A stretch of DNA of 11,383 nucleotides from an uncultured archaeon (GTDB lineage: Archaea > Asgardarchaeota > Lokiarchaeia > Sigyniarchaeales > SOKP01). The stretch lies in contig CAZOYD010000080.1 in NCBI GenBank assembly GCA_964583985.1, positions 3,224-14,606 on the forward strand, read 5' to 3'. Of the stretch, positions 1-7,412 are shown piece by piece. The notes under the pieces are model-generated. The model saw nothing but the letters and a program-made list of their open reading frames with translations, was not told where the DNA came from and did no database searches. Numbering within the stretch: position 1 is the first letter of the stretch; every line of letters begins with the position of its first letter. The position numbers and the translations under genes were made by a program.

Positions 1-170
1 CTAATGATAGTTTGACCTCTACGCAATCCTCAACATGGTCGTTTACCACCAATACAGCTCCCAATTCACCATCAGGAATACCAGGATATAATGTATTGAT
101 TATCATCGGTATGATAGCAATTGGAATGATACTATTTTTAAGCAAAAAAAGAGTCAGATCATTGTTTTAA
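1..170 (+). CDS. 3' end (partial) of a cell-surface protein with C-terminal IPGY / Loki-CTERM-like (PGF-CTERM-related) membrane anchor
   Basis: Not in the ORF track. The frame from nt 3 reads NDSLTSTQSSTWSFTTNTAPNSPSGIPGYNVLIIIGMIAIGMILFLSKKRVRSLF*, stop TAA 168-170. It has WSFTT (typical end of an Fn3/Ig-like strand), a S/T/P linker, IPGY at 78-89, a ~17-residue hydrophobic helix and a basic KKRVR tail. Confidence 0.88.
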   Translation, partial: NDSLTSTQSSTWSFTTNTAPNSPSGIPGYNVLIIIGMIAIGMILFLSKKRVRSLF

Positions 171-196
171 CAAAACAAAATTTATTATTTAAATAC

Positions 197-210
197 TTTT
201 TTTTAATTTT
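197..210 (+). terminator. Oligo-T tract, probable archaeal terminator of the IPGY-protein gene
   Basis: T8 run at 197-204 followed by aatttt, ~27 nt after the stop codon at 170. Confidence 0.45.
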
Positions 211-270
211 AAATGAATCATTACTGATAGAGTTTCTTTTTCTACTCTTATTCTAGTAGTATATTTTAAT

Positions 271-300
271 AAAAAAGGAATTCCTTAAAAAAAACAAAAT
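271..300 (-). terminator. Probable terminator of the minus-strand operon
   Basis: On the minus strand, T8 and T6 tracts sit around a perfect 12-bp palindrome AAGGAATTCCTT (275-286; the T6 overlaps its end), ~25-50 nt after the stop at 322. Confidence 0.4.
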
Positions 301-321
301 AAGATTCGATTAGGTCAAGAT

Positions 322-729
322 TTAGAATTTAAAATCTTTTTGGTATTCTCGATATCCTAATTTTAAAAGCTTTAAACTTGACTTGTTTAATTTATTATCC
401 ACCTCAATTTCAGAGCGTGGATTATGCATCATATCATGATAAAGAGCATAATATTCATCTGCGGATGGATTATCCCGAATTAAATCAAGAATGGCTTTTT
501 CTGTGAAGTAGAGGATTAAATCAGGTTTGAAATCGGGGTCTTTTTTGGTCATTTCTAAGGTTTTTTCATCTTTTTTGAATAAATAATAATGTAATTTAGC
601 ATGTTCTTCATGTGTAGATTCTTCAGTAATAAAATATTCCCAACAAGCGTTAATACTGAGATGCCTCATCAAATCAAAGTTCTTTGAAAAATAACCTTTT
701 AATTTCTCATATAATTCTTTAGTTTCCAT
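322..729 (-). CDS. Hypothetical protein, divergent SCP2 (sterol carrier protein 2)-like; paralogue of 2293..2760
   Basis: 135-aa ORF, 20 nt downstream of the ALDH on the same strand. The segment KPDLILYFTEKAILDLI resembles the SCP2 'pDltl.....f..l' strand-helix. It aligns by eye with the 155-aa ORF. Confidence 0.7.
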   Translation of the reverse strand: METKELYEKLKGYFSKNFDLMRHLSINACWEYFITEESTHEEHAKLHYYLFKKDEKTLEMTKKDPDFKPDLILYFTEKAILDLIRDNPSADEYYALYHDMMHNPRSEIEVDNKLNKSSLKLLKLGYREYQKDFKF

Positions 730-749
730 GTTTATAAAATGGTATTAGG

Positions 750-2243
750 TTATTTGATATTCTCGAGATTTGTCGGAGTTCCATCATAAATATACTTCGG
801 ATATACCAATTCTTGGGGGTAATATTTGCATCCAGAAGGATAAGCTGAATCCTTTATTCCCCCTAGGGCGACAGTGATATCAGTAAGCATGGGTTTAGCA
901 TTAATATATATATTCGCTGCTTCTAAATCTCTCTTGAAAATTTCGATGTTATTCAAATTAGAAGTGTAAACTACTGCTCTCATACCATAATTACTTGCAT
1001 TTGCTAATTTAATTGCATCTTTCATATCTTTGGCTTTAGTAATAGAACGGACAGGTCCAAAAGCTTCCTCCCTCCATAAAAACGGAGCCTTAGATAAATC
1101 TTCGCACAATTCTGGTTTAATTTCAACCAGAGTTGGCGTATAAAATAAACCGTGGTCTTCTCCGGTATCAATTTTTTCACCACCTGTATATATTTTAACG
1201 CCATAATCTTTAGCGTCTGCTAGCATCACGTCCATCATCATCAAGATTCTCCTGCTTCCCAGAGGACCGATATCAACGGTGGGATCTGTGGGATCACCAT
1301 ATTTTAATTTCTCAATTTCTTTTATTAGACACTCCACATAATCATCATAAACATCCTGGTGCACGATAATCCTCTTCATACTAAAACACTGCTGTCCACT
1401 GTTGGTATATGAGGCTATGGCATTCCACTTTGCTATTTTCTCTAAATTAACATCATCCATTACTATTCCCCCGTCATTTCCCGCGCATTCAAAGAAGAAT
1501 TGTTTGAAAGGTTGAGTGTACATTGCGACTCCCATTGATTTATCCGCCGTTTTTTTCAACATTTGTCCATACCTCACGAGAATATCTTTTGCTGTATGGG
1601 AAGAAGTAACCGTCATGATAATCTTGATTAGCTGAGATCTTAGAAATTCATCTACAGCCCATTCTCCAGGAGCTATGACCAAATCTAATGCATCTAAACC
1701 TGGTAGTCCCATTTCTTGCATAGTCGAATAGGCTTCTAACATCGTTAAAGGACATGCAGTAGATGGTTTAACAATCGCACCATTTCCTACCAAATAATTG
1801 GCACCCATCTGATACAAGGGAAGGCTAATGGGCGTGTTACGTGGAGAAATGCAAGCAGACAAACCATGTGGAATGTATTTGATTACCACATTTTTCTCTC
1901 CTTCAATGCCAGTCAATGGTCTGTCTTCTATAAATTGATAATACCAATCGCAAAATCGGAAACCTGTTAATACAATGTTTAATTCCCATTCCGAGTACTT
2001 GATCGGCAATCCTCCTTCTGCAACAACCAGATCCTTTAATTGGGATTTTTTAAAGCGCATTTTGCTCGAATATTTGGAAAGATGTTGAGCGCGTTCAAAG
2101 AAATCCATTTTATTGAGTTCTTGTTGTGCTTTATGAATTTTTTTTATTTTATCTTTAAGAGACTGAGGTGTGTCTGCTGGAATGGTATCAATAACTTCTC
2201 CATTATATTTATTCTTTATTTCTAATTCAGATGATTTTGACAT
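750..2243 (-). CDS. Aldehyde dehydrogenase superfamily protein (lactaldehyde-DH/GAPN-like, atypical motifs)
   Basis: Numbering from the GTG at 2252: oxyanion Asn139 (SPRNTP), VKPS, general-base Glu255 (ECAGND), catalytic Cys289 (SGQQCFS; canonical 34-residue E-C spacing), GDP..P.VDIGPL, EEAFGPV, ANASNYGM, LGGIKDS. The ATG at 2243, preceded by SD-like AAGGTG, is a better start than the GTG at 2252. Confidence 0.92.
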   Translation of the reverse strand: MSKSSELEIKNKYNGEVIDTIPADTPQSLKDKIKKIHKAQQELNKMDFFERAQHLSKYSSKMRFKKSQLKDLVVAEGGLPIKYSEWELNIVLTGFRFCDWYYQFIEDRPLTGIEGEKNVVIKYIPHGLSACISPRNTPISLPLYQMGANYLVGNGAIVKPSTACPLTMLEAYSTMQEMGLPGLDALDLVIAPGEWAVDEFLRSQLIKIIMTVTSSHTAKDILVRYGQMLKKTADKSMGVAMYTQPFKQFFFECAGNDGGIVMDDVNLEKIAKWNAIASYTNSGQQCFSMKRIIVHQDVYDDYVECLIKEIEKLKYGDPTDPTVDIGPLGSRRILMMMDVMLADAKDYGVKIYTGGEKIDTGEDHGLFYTPTLVEIKPELCEDLSKAPFLWREEAFGPVRSITKAKDMKDAIKLANASNYGMRAVVYTSNLNNIEIFKRDLEAANIYINAKPMLTDITVALGGIKDSAYPSGCKYYPQELVYPKYIYDGTPTNLENIK

Positions 2244-2292
2244 TTTAAACACCTTTTTATAGAATTATTATTATAATTTTGATGAAATATAT

Positions 2293-2760
2293 TTATGTGT
2301 TATAATCACCCAAAATTCCGGCGGTTTGAGCAAAAGCCCCATAACCCATATCTATTAAAATTTGGGTTCTCCTAAAAAGCATTATGTCAATCCAACCATT
2401 CGTTTCGTCTGGCTCATTAAAAAAAGAGCCTAAAAGTTGAACATATTCTTCTTTATCTTTAGTTTTAATCAATTTTTCAACAGCATCCACCGATAAGGCT
2501 AATTCTAAATCTGCATCATTGGCATTCCCCGGCTTTATTTCGATACCATTTCCATTACAAAGAACATTGAAGCTGTCTATGGGGGATTTATTATCATACG
2601 ATTCAAGTGAATTATAAATTGCAAAGTCAAAGATCGAGCCTTTAACCAAATCAGAAAAAATCTCGGGATATTGGGAGAGAAAAAATGTATACTTTTTCAC
2701 AATTTCTGTTTTGAAATCTTTCTTATCAACAATATGACTTGTTAAATTCTCTTTTAACAT
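2293..2760 (-). CDS. Hypothetical protein, divergent SCP2-like; paralogue of 322..729
   Basis: 155-aa ORF with AGGA upstream of the ATG, 11 nt after the upstream SDR stop. The segment NGIEIKPGNANDADLELALSVDAVEKLI matches the SCP2 pattern 'g...v..G....aDl.l.ls.d....l'. Confidence 0.72.
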   Translation of the reverse strand: MLKENLTSHIVDKKDFKTEIVKKYTFFLSQYPEIFSDLVKGSIFDFAIYNSLESYDNKSPIDSFNVLCNGNGIEIKPGNANDADLELALSVDAVEKLIKTKDKEEYVQLLGSFFNEPDETNGWIDIMLFRRTQILIDMGYGAFAQTAGILGDYNT

Positions 2761-2771
2761 GATCCTATTTC

Positions 2772-3770
2772 TTACTCCTTTTTTTTTCCTATTGTTTCAA
2801 ATTCCTTATACCATCTGATAGTTTCTTCTAATGCGTTTCTTAATGGCGTAATCTTATAACCTAACTTATCAATTGCTTTCTTAGAGGAATAGGCTCGATG
2901 ATATTTAATTGCTTTCAATGTAGATCTTGTTATATAGGGAGGTTTTTTAGTAAAAAAAGCTCCTAATTCCAATAACCACGCATAGGAACTCACAATCCAG
3001 AAAGGAAATTTTCTTACTTTCTTTCCTCTACTAATTTCAGCAATTAAGTTTAAATACTCAATAAATTTGACATTTTCTCCGCCTAAAAGAAAATCTTCTC
3101 CATAAAGATCTTTTCTTTCAAATGAATGTGCTAAAACATTTGACAAATCTTTGACATAAGATAAACACGTCATTGATTCTCCCTTACCGGGGCACGCTCC
3201 CATTAATTTTCCTCTCATCACGTCATAAAGCATTCTTCCAAAAATATTAAAATCTCCCGGTCCAAATACGATTCCAGGGTAATACATTTGTACTTTTAGT
3301 CCTTTTGGAATTAATTCTTTAATCAATTTTCTTGCCTGGTATTTAGATTTCTCATATTCCATGTAAAATTGGGGATTATCATGAGTTTCATCAACAGGTT
3401 CGGGCGGTGTGGGACCTAATGCCGTAAAAGAGCTAACATATAGAAGAGGAATACCTTTTTCAAGAGAAACCATTGCGACGTTCTCAGTTCCCTTAACATT
3501 GATATCATAATAAATTGTTTTCTTTCTGGCCCAAATTCCCGTATATGCTGCGAGATGATATATAAATTCTTTGCCTTCAGCTGCAATTCTGATGCTTTCA
3601 ATATTTTGGACATCTCCATTAATATATTTAATCTCAGATAATTCTTTAAATGGGGATACGTTACTATTTTCTCGTTTCAACAGCGTGATTTCATGTCCTA
3701 AATCATATAACTCTTTTACTAAGGGGATACCTATGAATCCAGTACCACCTGTTACTAATATTTTAGCCAT
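2772..3770 (-). CDS. Extended SDR, NAD(P)-dependent epimerase/dehydratase family (HpnA / dihydroflavonol reductase / 3beta-HSD-like)
   Basis: Motifs TGGTGFIG, HLAA, NVKGTENV, YVSS, catalytic YEKSK and PGIVFGPGD. It has a C-terminal hydrophobic segment FPFWIVSSYAWLLELGAFF as in membrane-associated HpnA/3beta-HSD-like enzymes. Confidence 0.9.
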   Translation of the reverse strand: MAKILVTGGTGFIGIPLVKELYDLGHEITLLKRENSNVSPFKELSEIKYINGDVQNIESIRIAAEGKEFIYHLAAYTGIWARKKTIYYDINVKGTENVAMVSLEKGIPLLYVSSFTALGPTPPEPVDETHDNPQFYMEYEKSKYQARKLIKELIPKGLKVQMYYPGIVFGPGDFNIFGRMLYDVMRGKLMGACPGKGESMTCLSYVKDLSNVLAHSFERKDLYGEDFLLGGENVKFIEYLNLIAEISRGKKVRKFPFWIVSSYAWLLELGAFFTKKPPYITRSTLKAIKYHRAYSSKKAIDKLGYKITPLRNALEETIRWYKEFETIGKKKE

Positions 3771-3953
3771 TTCTTCAAATTTTAATGAGTATATTGATAA
3801 TTTTGTTTTATAAACCCTTAATCAAATTTTAAACAAATCATACTCATGCAATTTGTAACAGTTAAAAGTTGGAATCATAGGAAAGCAAGCTTTTAATCTT
3901 ACAGAATTGTAAAAAAGGATAATATTTATTTTATAATGATCTAAATACTCAAG
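3771..3953. promoter_or_regulatory. Divergent promoter region with TATA-like boxes
   Basis: TTTATAAA at ~3807-3814, upstream of the minus-strand ATG at 3770. TTTTATAA at ~3929-3936, close upstream of the plus-strand ATG at 3954. The high AT background lowers specificity. Confidence 0.4.
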
Positions 3954-4508
3954 ATGAAGGAAAATAAATATTATGAATTCCAAGCACAGCTTTCACTCCC
4001 ATTTTTATCTACTTCAACAGAAGCATTATTTCAAATATTTAAAACGTTGGAAAATCAGTTTGGTTTAATAAAAGGTTCATCACAAAAATTCATTGATCTT
4101 GGAGCAGGAAATGGTGTTGTAGTTATATTTTCAGCACTGAACTATAGCATATCATCTCTCGGGATAGAGATTAATAATGTTTTGATTAATGAAATAAAAG
4201 ATCATATTAAAATTTTAAAAGAATCAAAAAAATACTCATCTAGAATCCTCCACAAAATAGTTATAAAAAAAGAAGATCTTTTTCAGCAAGATCTAAGCAA
4301 TTTCGATTATGTTTATCTTTTCTCGTTACCAACAATGCAAAAATACCTAAAACACGTATTTCTCACCGCGAAGGAAGGTTCAATTTTTATATCATACAAA
4401 TATCCTTTAGAAGGATTTGAGTCTATTCTCAAATTGGAGCATGTTCTTGATATTAAATTAAAAAAAGATTTAGTTAAGACTTATTTTTATGTGAAATTGA
4501 ATTCCTGA
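3954..4508 (+). CDS. Class I SAM-dependent methyltransferase, aKMT/FAM173/Dot1-like (probable protein lysine methyltransferase)
   Basis: LPFLST pre-motif, motif I FIDLGAGNG, post-I LGIEIN, EDLFQQDLSNFDYVYLF, then M..L and G..FISYKYPL. This layout matches short archaeal aKMT/FAM173-type enzymes. Confidence 0.82.
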   Translation: MKENKYYEFQAQLSLPFLSTSTEALFQIFKTLENQFGLIKGSSQKFIDLGAGNGVVVIFSALNYSISSLGIEINNVLINEIKDHIKILKESKKYSSRILHKIVIKKEDLFQQDLSNFDYVYLFSLPTMQKYLKHVFLTAKEGSIFISYKYPLEGFESILKLEHVLDIKLKKDLVKTYFYVKLNS

Positions 4509-4586
4509 AGTGGAAAGTTAGAAATACATCATACTATCATGATATGATAATTTGAACTTGAATGAGTGTTTCACGAAAAAACCAAT

Positions 4587-4913
4587 TTAATCAGGGATAA
4601 CTTTATTTATTTTAATCAATGCATGCCTCATGTACATTCGCATGTAATATCGTTCACTATTGCAATATTCTAATTTTTGATTTATCGAGAGATCTTCATA
4701 ATTTATCAATAACGAATGAATATCATCCATCATTGTCATATATTCTTTTTTAATCTCATCACATTTTTTGATTAGAGAGCTATCATTTAAAACAGAGGTT
4801 ATTTGATTAGATTTAAATCTAATTTCTCCACTTTCTAATTGAATTATATTCTCCAGTGATTTTTCTCTTTCAACGATATTGGCAAAATCGTCGTTAATAA
4901 GTCCTTTTGATAT
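4587..4913 (-). CDS. Unannotated small protein or pseudogene lacking a canonical start codon
   Basis: Stop-free frame 4919->4587 (110 codons plus TAA): GNISKGLINDDFANIVEREKSLENIIQLESGEIRFKSNQITSVLNDSSLIKKCDEIKKEYMTMMDDIHSLLINYEDLSINQKLEYCNSERYYMRMYMRHALIKINKVIPD. It has protein-like composition and fills an otherwise ~520-nt gap. The first ATG is at 4739. A candidate ATA start at 4913 follows GAGGG. Confidence 0.6.
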   Translation of the reverse strand: MSKGLINDDFANIVEREKSLENIIQLESGEIRFKSNQITSVLNDSSLIKKCDEIKKEYMTMMDDIHSLLINYEDLSINQKLEYCNSERYYMRMYMRHALIKINKVIPD

Positions 4914-4968
4914 ATTCCCTCAACTCGGAGAAATTCGATTTATAGAATGTAAAACAAGATTGGTATTT

Positions 4969-4977
4969 AAAAAAAAA
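4969..4977 (-). terminator. T9 tract, probable terminator of the Gfo/Idh/MocA gene
   Basis: A9 on the plus strand (T9 on minus), ~50 nt downstream of the stop at 5027. Confidence 0.4.
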
Positions 4978-5026
4978 CTCAGAGCTGATTTTCTAATGAT
5001 ATAAGAAGTAATCAAGTAAAGAGAAT

Positions 5027-6148
5027 TTATAAGCAATTATTATACACTGCTTTTTCTAACCCAGTAAGTATAGTTTTAGAGCCAATGGTTTTATATATTT
5101 CATCTAAATCTCTACGATGTACTAATTTTTTTTCCCGTGCAGATAAGTACGATAATAATACGTCGTAAATGGCTTCTTTTGCTTGTTCGGGAGTGAATTC
5201 AGGTTCTTTATCATTAATAATGCAACTAGTAAAGTGATCATCTTCTATCCTTGCTGATATTTCATAATAAGTCGGAAATGTCCCGTGCTCTAGTTCTGGT
5301 TCGTACCATTTTCCTCGATTATCTTCCATTTTTTTATGTTTGGAAAAAATTTTTACCGGTTTAATCCATTCATGATTTTCAATGATGGAACCCATAGTTC
5401 CATATATTTCAAGACTATTAGTGGGAGGTGATACGACGGAAAAACTAACGATTGTTTCTGCAATCGCCCCTTTTTTATACTGAAGTTGAACCATTGCATT
5501 ATCTTCAGCTTTCTCGGGCAAATTCGTGCATTGTTTAGTTAACCAAGCATTAGATGATTCAACATTATCATTTAGTATCCAATTCATGGTTGCAAACTTA
5601 TGAGCTCCCATATCCATTAGAGCTCCACCTCCTGCTTTTACTGGATGTCCCTTCCAAAATCCTTCTTTCATTAACCCGGGTATCTCATTCACTCCTTCAT
5701 AGGAACGAACTAAAAATACATCCCCAATTAATCCTGACTGGGTTGCTTCCATCACGTATTTGTGAGCAGGTAAAAATCGATGATTTTCAGCAATCATAAA
5801 CTTGACTCCCGCTTTTTTAGTTGCATTAATCATCAGATCACATCCTTCAAGCGTGGTAGCCATGGGTTTTTCACATAATACGTGCTTTCCGGCTTCTGCT
5901 GCTGCGATGACCATTTCTTCATGCAAAAAATGAGGGACCATAACAATAACGGCGTCAATATCACTCTTTAGAAATGCATTAATATTAGAATAATATTGCA
6001 TTTTAAAAATCCTTGCAGCTCTTTTCGCAGCAGTTTCATTAATATCATATACTGATTTGAATTTTATTTTTGGATTATGCTTGCTCCCAGCACTATGAAA
6101 TGCCCAAGCTCCACCACAGCCAATAATGCCATATTTCACATAATTCAT
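5027..6148 (-). CDS. Gfo/Idh/MocA family NAD(P)-dependent oxidoreductase
   Basis: Motifs GIIGCG (Rossmann start), DAVIVMVPHFLH, GKHVLCEKPMA, ENHRF, GGGALMDMGAH, AEDNA and LEIYGTMG. Confidence 0.93.
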   Translation of the reverse strand: MNYVKYGIIGCGGAWAFHSAGSKHNPKIKFKSVYDINETAAKRAARIFKMQYYSNINAFLKSDIDAVIVMVPHFLHEEMVIAAAEAGKHVLCEKPMATTLEGCDLMINATKKAGVKFMIAENHRFLPAHKYVMEATQSGLIGDVFLVRSYEGVNEIPGLMKEGFWKGHPVKAGGGALMDMGAHKFATMNWILNDNVESSNAWLTKQCTNLPEKAEDNAMVQLQYKKGAIAETIVSFSVVSPPTNSLEIYGTMGSIIENHEWIKPVKIFSKHKKMEDNRGKWYEPELEHGTFPTYYEISARIEDDHFTSCIINDKEPEFTPEQAKEAIYDVLLSYLSAREKKLVHRRDLDEIYKTIGSKTILTGLEKAVYNNCL

Positions 6149-6265
6149 AGTTTAATAATTGATCAAACGCTTAAATAGATTCTTCAATAAACGGCAGTAC
6201 AAGATCATAAATTTAATGCTAAACTAATATTTTAAAAAACTAAATATTAAAATGTGAAAAATTAA
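6149..6265. promoter_or_regulatory. Divergent promoter region shared by the Gfo/Idh/MocA gene and the M24-SDR operon
   Basis: 117-nt AT-rich gap between head-to-head ATGs. TATTTAAG on the minus strand (6177-6170) lies ~25 nt upstream of ATG 6148, consistent with a leaderless transcript. Confidence 0.4.
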
Positions 6266-7405
6266 ATGGTTGAACCGATAGGATACAATAAAAAGAAAGC
6301 TAGTGAAGTATTAGATAAAAATGGAATCGATTTATTAATTGCATCTACCCCGGTGAATGTTTTTTACACTACTGGTTTACCAGTAACTCATGTTGCTCCT
6401 AACCCTATTTTATATGTTTTATCAAATCAATACCCTAACCTCTCCGTAATTAGAAGGGATGGAGAAGAAAGTGCTATTATTTGGTCATTATATGACAGCG
6501 TTGAAGAGTTTTCTTGGGTTCCTCCAAGTGAAGTATATCGAATTGGATCCCTCGATGCTGCTGTAAAGATGCTGTTAAAAATAGTAAAAGATTGGGAATT
6601 AAATGATAAAACAATAGGTTTGGAATCCTACATGCCTAGATACCAATCAGAAGCGCTTCAGAAGACATTTCCTAATGCTAAGTTTGTAGATGGGGATAAG
6701 GTATTTATAGAAATGCGATTAATTAAAACCGAAGAAGAAATACGGCGCATTAAAAAATCCACAGAAGTAGCTGAAAAAGCAATTAAAACTTGTATTGATA
6801 ATGTCAAACTCGGCATGCTTGATACTGAACTCTTACAAATAGCGAGAAGAACAATAATAGATGAAGGAGCTTGGGGATGGGATCATTTAACAATGAATAT
6901 AGGACCGTCTGATCCTGAAGCACCAGGTTTGGGAACTCCAGTCACACCAAATGATATTGTTAGATTTGATTTTGGGGCGGTTTGGGAAGGTTATATCTCG
7001 GATGTTAGTAGAGGAGTAGTTATTGGTGAAATTCCCAGAAAAGCTCAAGAAGCAATGGATTACATGATACAAGTACAAGAATATTGTGCTAATGGCATCA
7101 AACCAGGAGTAAATGCAACAGAATTTCGAGAAGAAGCTCGAAACTATTTGAAATCTTTAACTAGTAGAGGATTTTATCTCATAACAGCACATAGTATCGG
7201 CTTAGAATGCGAAGAAATCCATCTATTTGGTCCAACTGGAGCTTTAGGAATTCCTTTCGAGGAAAACATGGTATTAGATCTTGAAGTTTGGCTGAATGTT
7301 CGAGGTCAAGGTCTTGTAGGTGTAGAAGATTGTTATAGAGTCACCGCTTCGGGTTGTGAGCGACTCTCAAAGTTAGATAAAAGTATAATTATAAAAAGCA
7401 GGTAA
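6266..7405 (+). CDS. M24 (Xaa-Pro peptidase/creatinase-fold) binuclear metalloenzyme, probably with non-canonical substrate
   Basis: Creatinase_N-like N-domain (P.NVFYTTG) and linker MRLIKTEEEIRRIKKS. All five metal ligands are present: D235, D246, H309, E340, E354. Confidence 0.9.
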   Translation: MVEPIGYNKKKASEVLDKNGIDLLIASTPVNVFYTTGLPVTHVAPNPILYVLSNQYPNLSVIRRDGEESAIIWSLYDSVEEFSWVPPSEVYRIGSLDAAVKMLLKIVKDWELNDKTIGLESYMPRYQSEALQKTFPNAKFVDGDKVFIEMRLIKTEEEIRRIKKSTEVAEKAIKTCIDNVKLGMLDTELLQIARRTIIDEGAWGWDHLTMNIGPSDPEAPGLGTPVTPNDIVRFDFGAVWEGYISDVSRGVVIGEIPRKAQEAMDYMIQVQEYCANGIKPGVNATEFREEARNYLKSLTSRGFYLITAHSIGLECEEIHLFGPTGALGIPFEENMVLDLEVWLNVRGQGLVGVEDCYRVTASGCERLSKLDKSIIIKSR

Positions 7406-7412
7406 AAATTTG

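Noticed and set aside
1022-1204. 60-aa alternative-frame ORF
   Set aside because: Lies inside the ALDH gene, with no motifs.
2040-2225. 61-aa plus-strand ORF
   Set aside because: Antisense shadow of the ALDH. Its Phe-rich composition mirrors Lys/Glu codons.
3416-3813. 67-aa and 80-aa ORFs overlapping the extended SDR
   Set aside because: Alternative-frame or antisense shadows of a well-supported gene.
4506-4600. Read-through or SECIS after the methyltransferase TGA; palindrome TATCATGATA at 4535-4544
   Set aside because: The domain is already complete and a second stop follows 13 codons later. The ATGA motifs have no complementary stem, and a 10-bp AT-rich palindrome is expected by chance.
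4587-5036. Selenocysteine read-through of in-frame TGA 4922-4920 (the frame is also open upstream to TTG 5036, which would give 149 aa)
   Set aside because: The upstream part crosses a T9 terminator-like tract and looks non-coding. There is no redox motif around the TGA. I found no AUGA...AA...GA SECIS-like stem downstream.
5554-5799. 81-aa plus-strand ORF
   Set aside because: Antisense to the Gfo/Idh/MocA gene, with no recognisable features.
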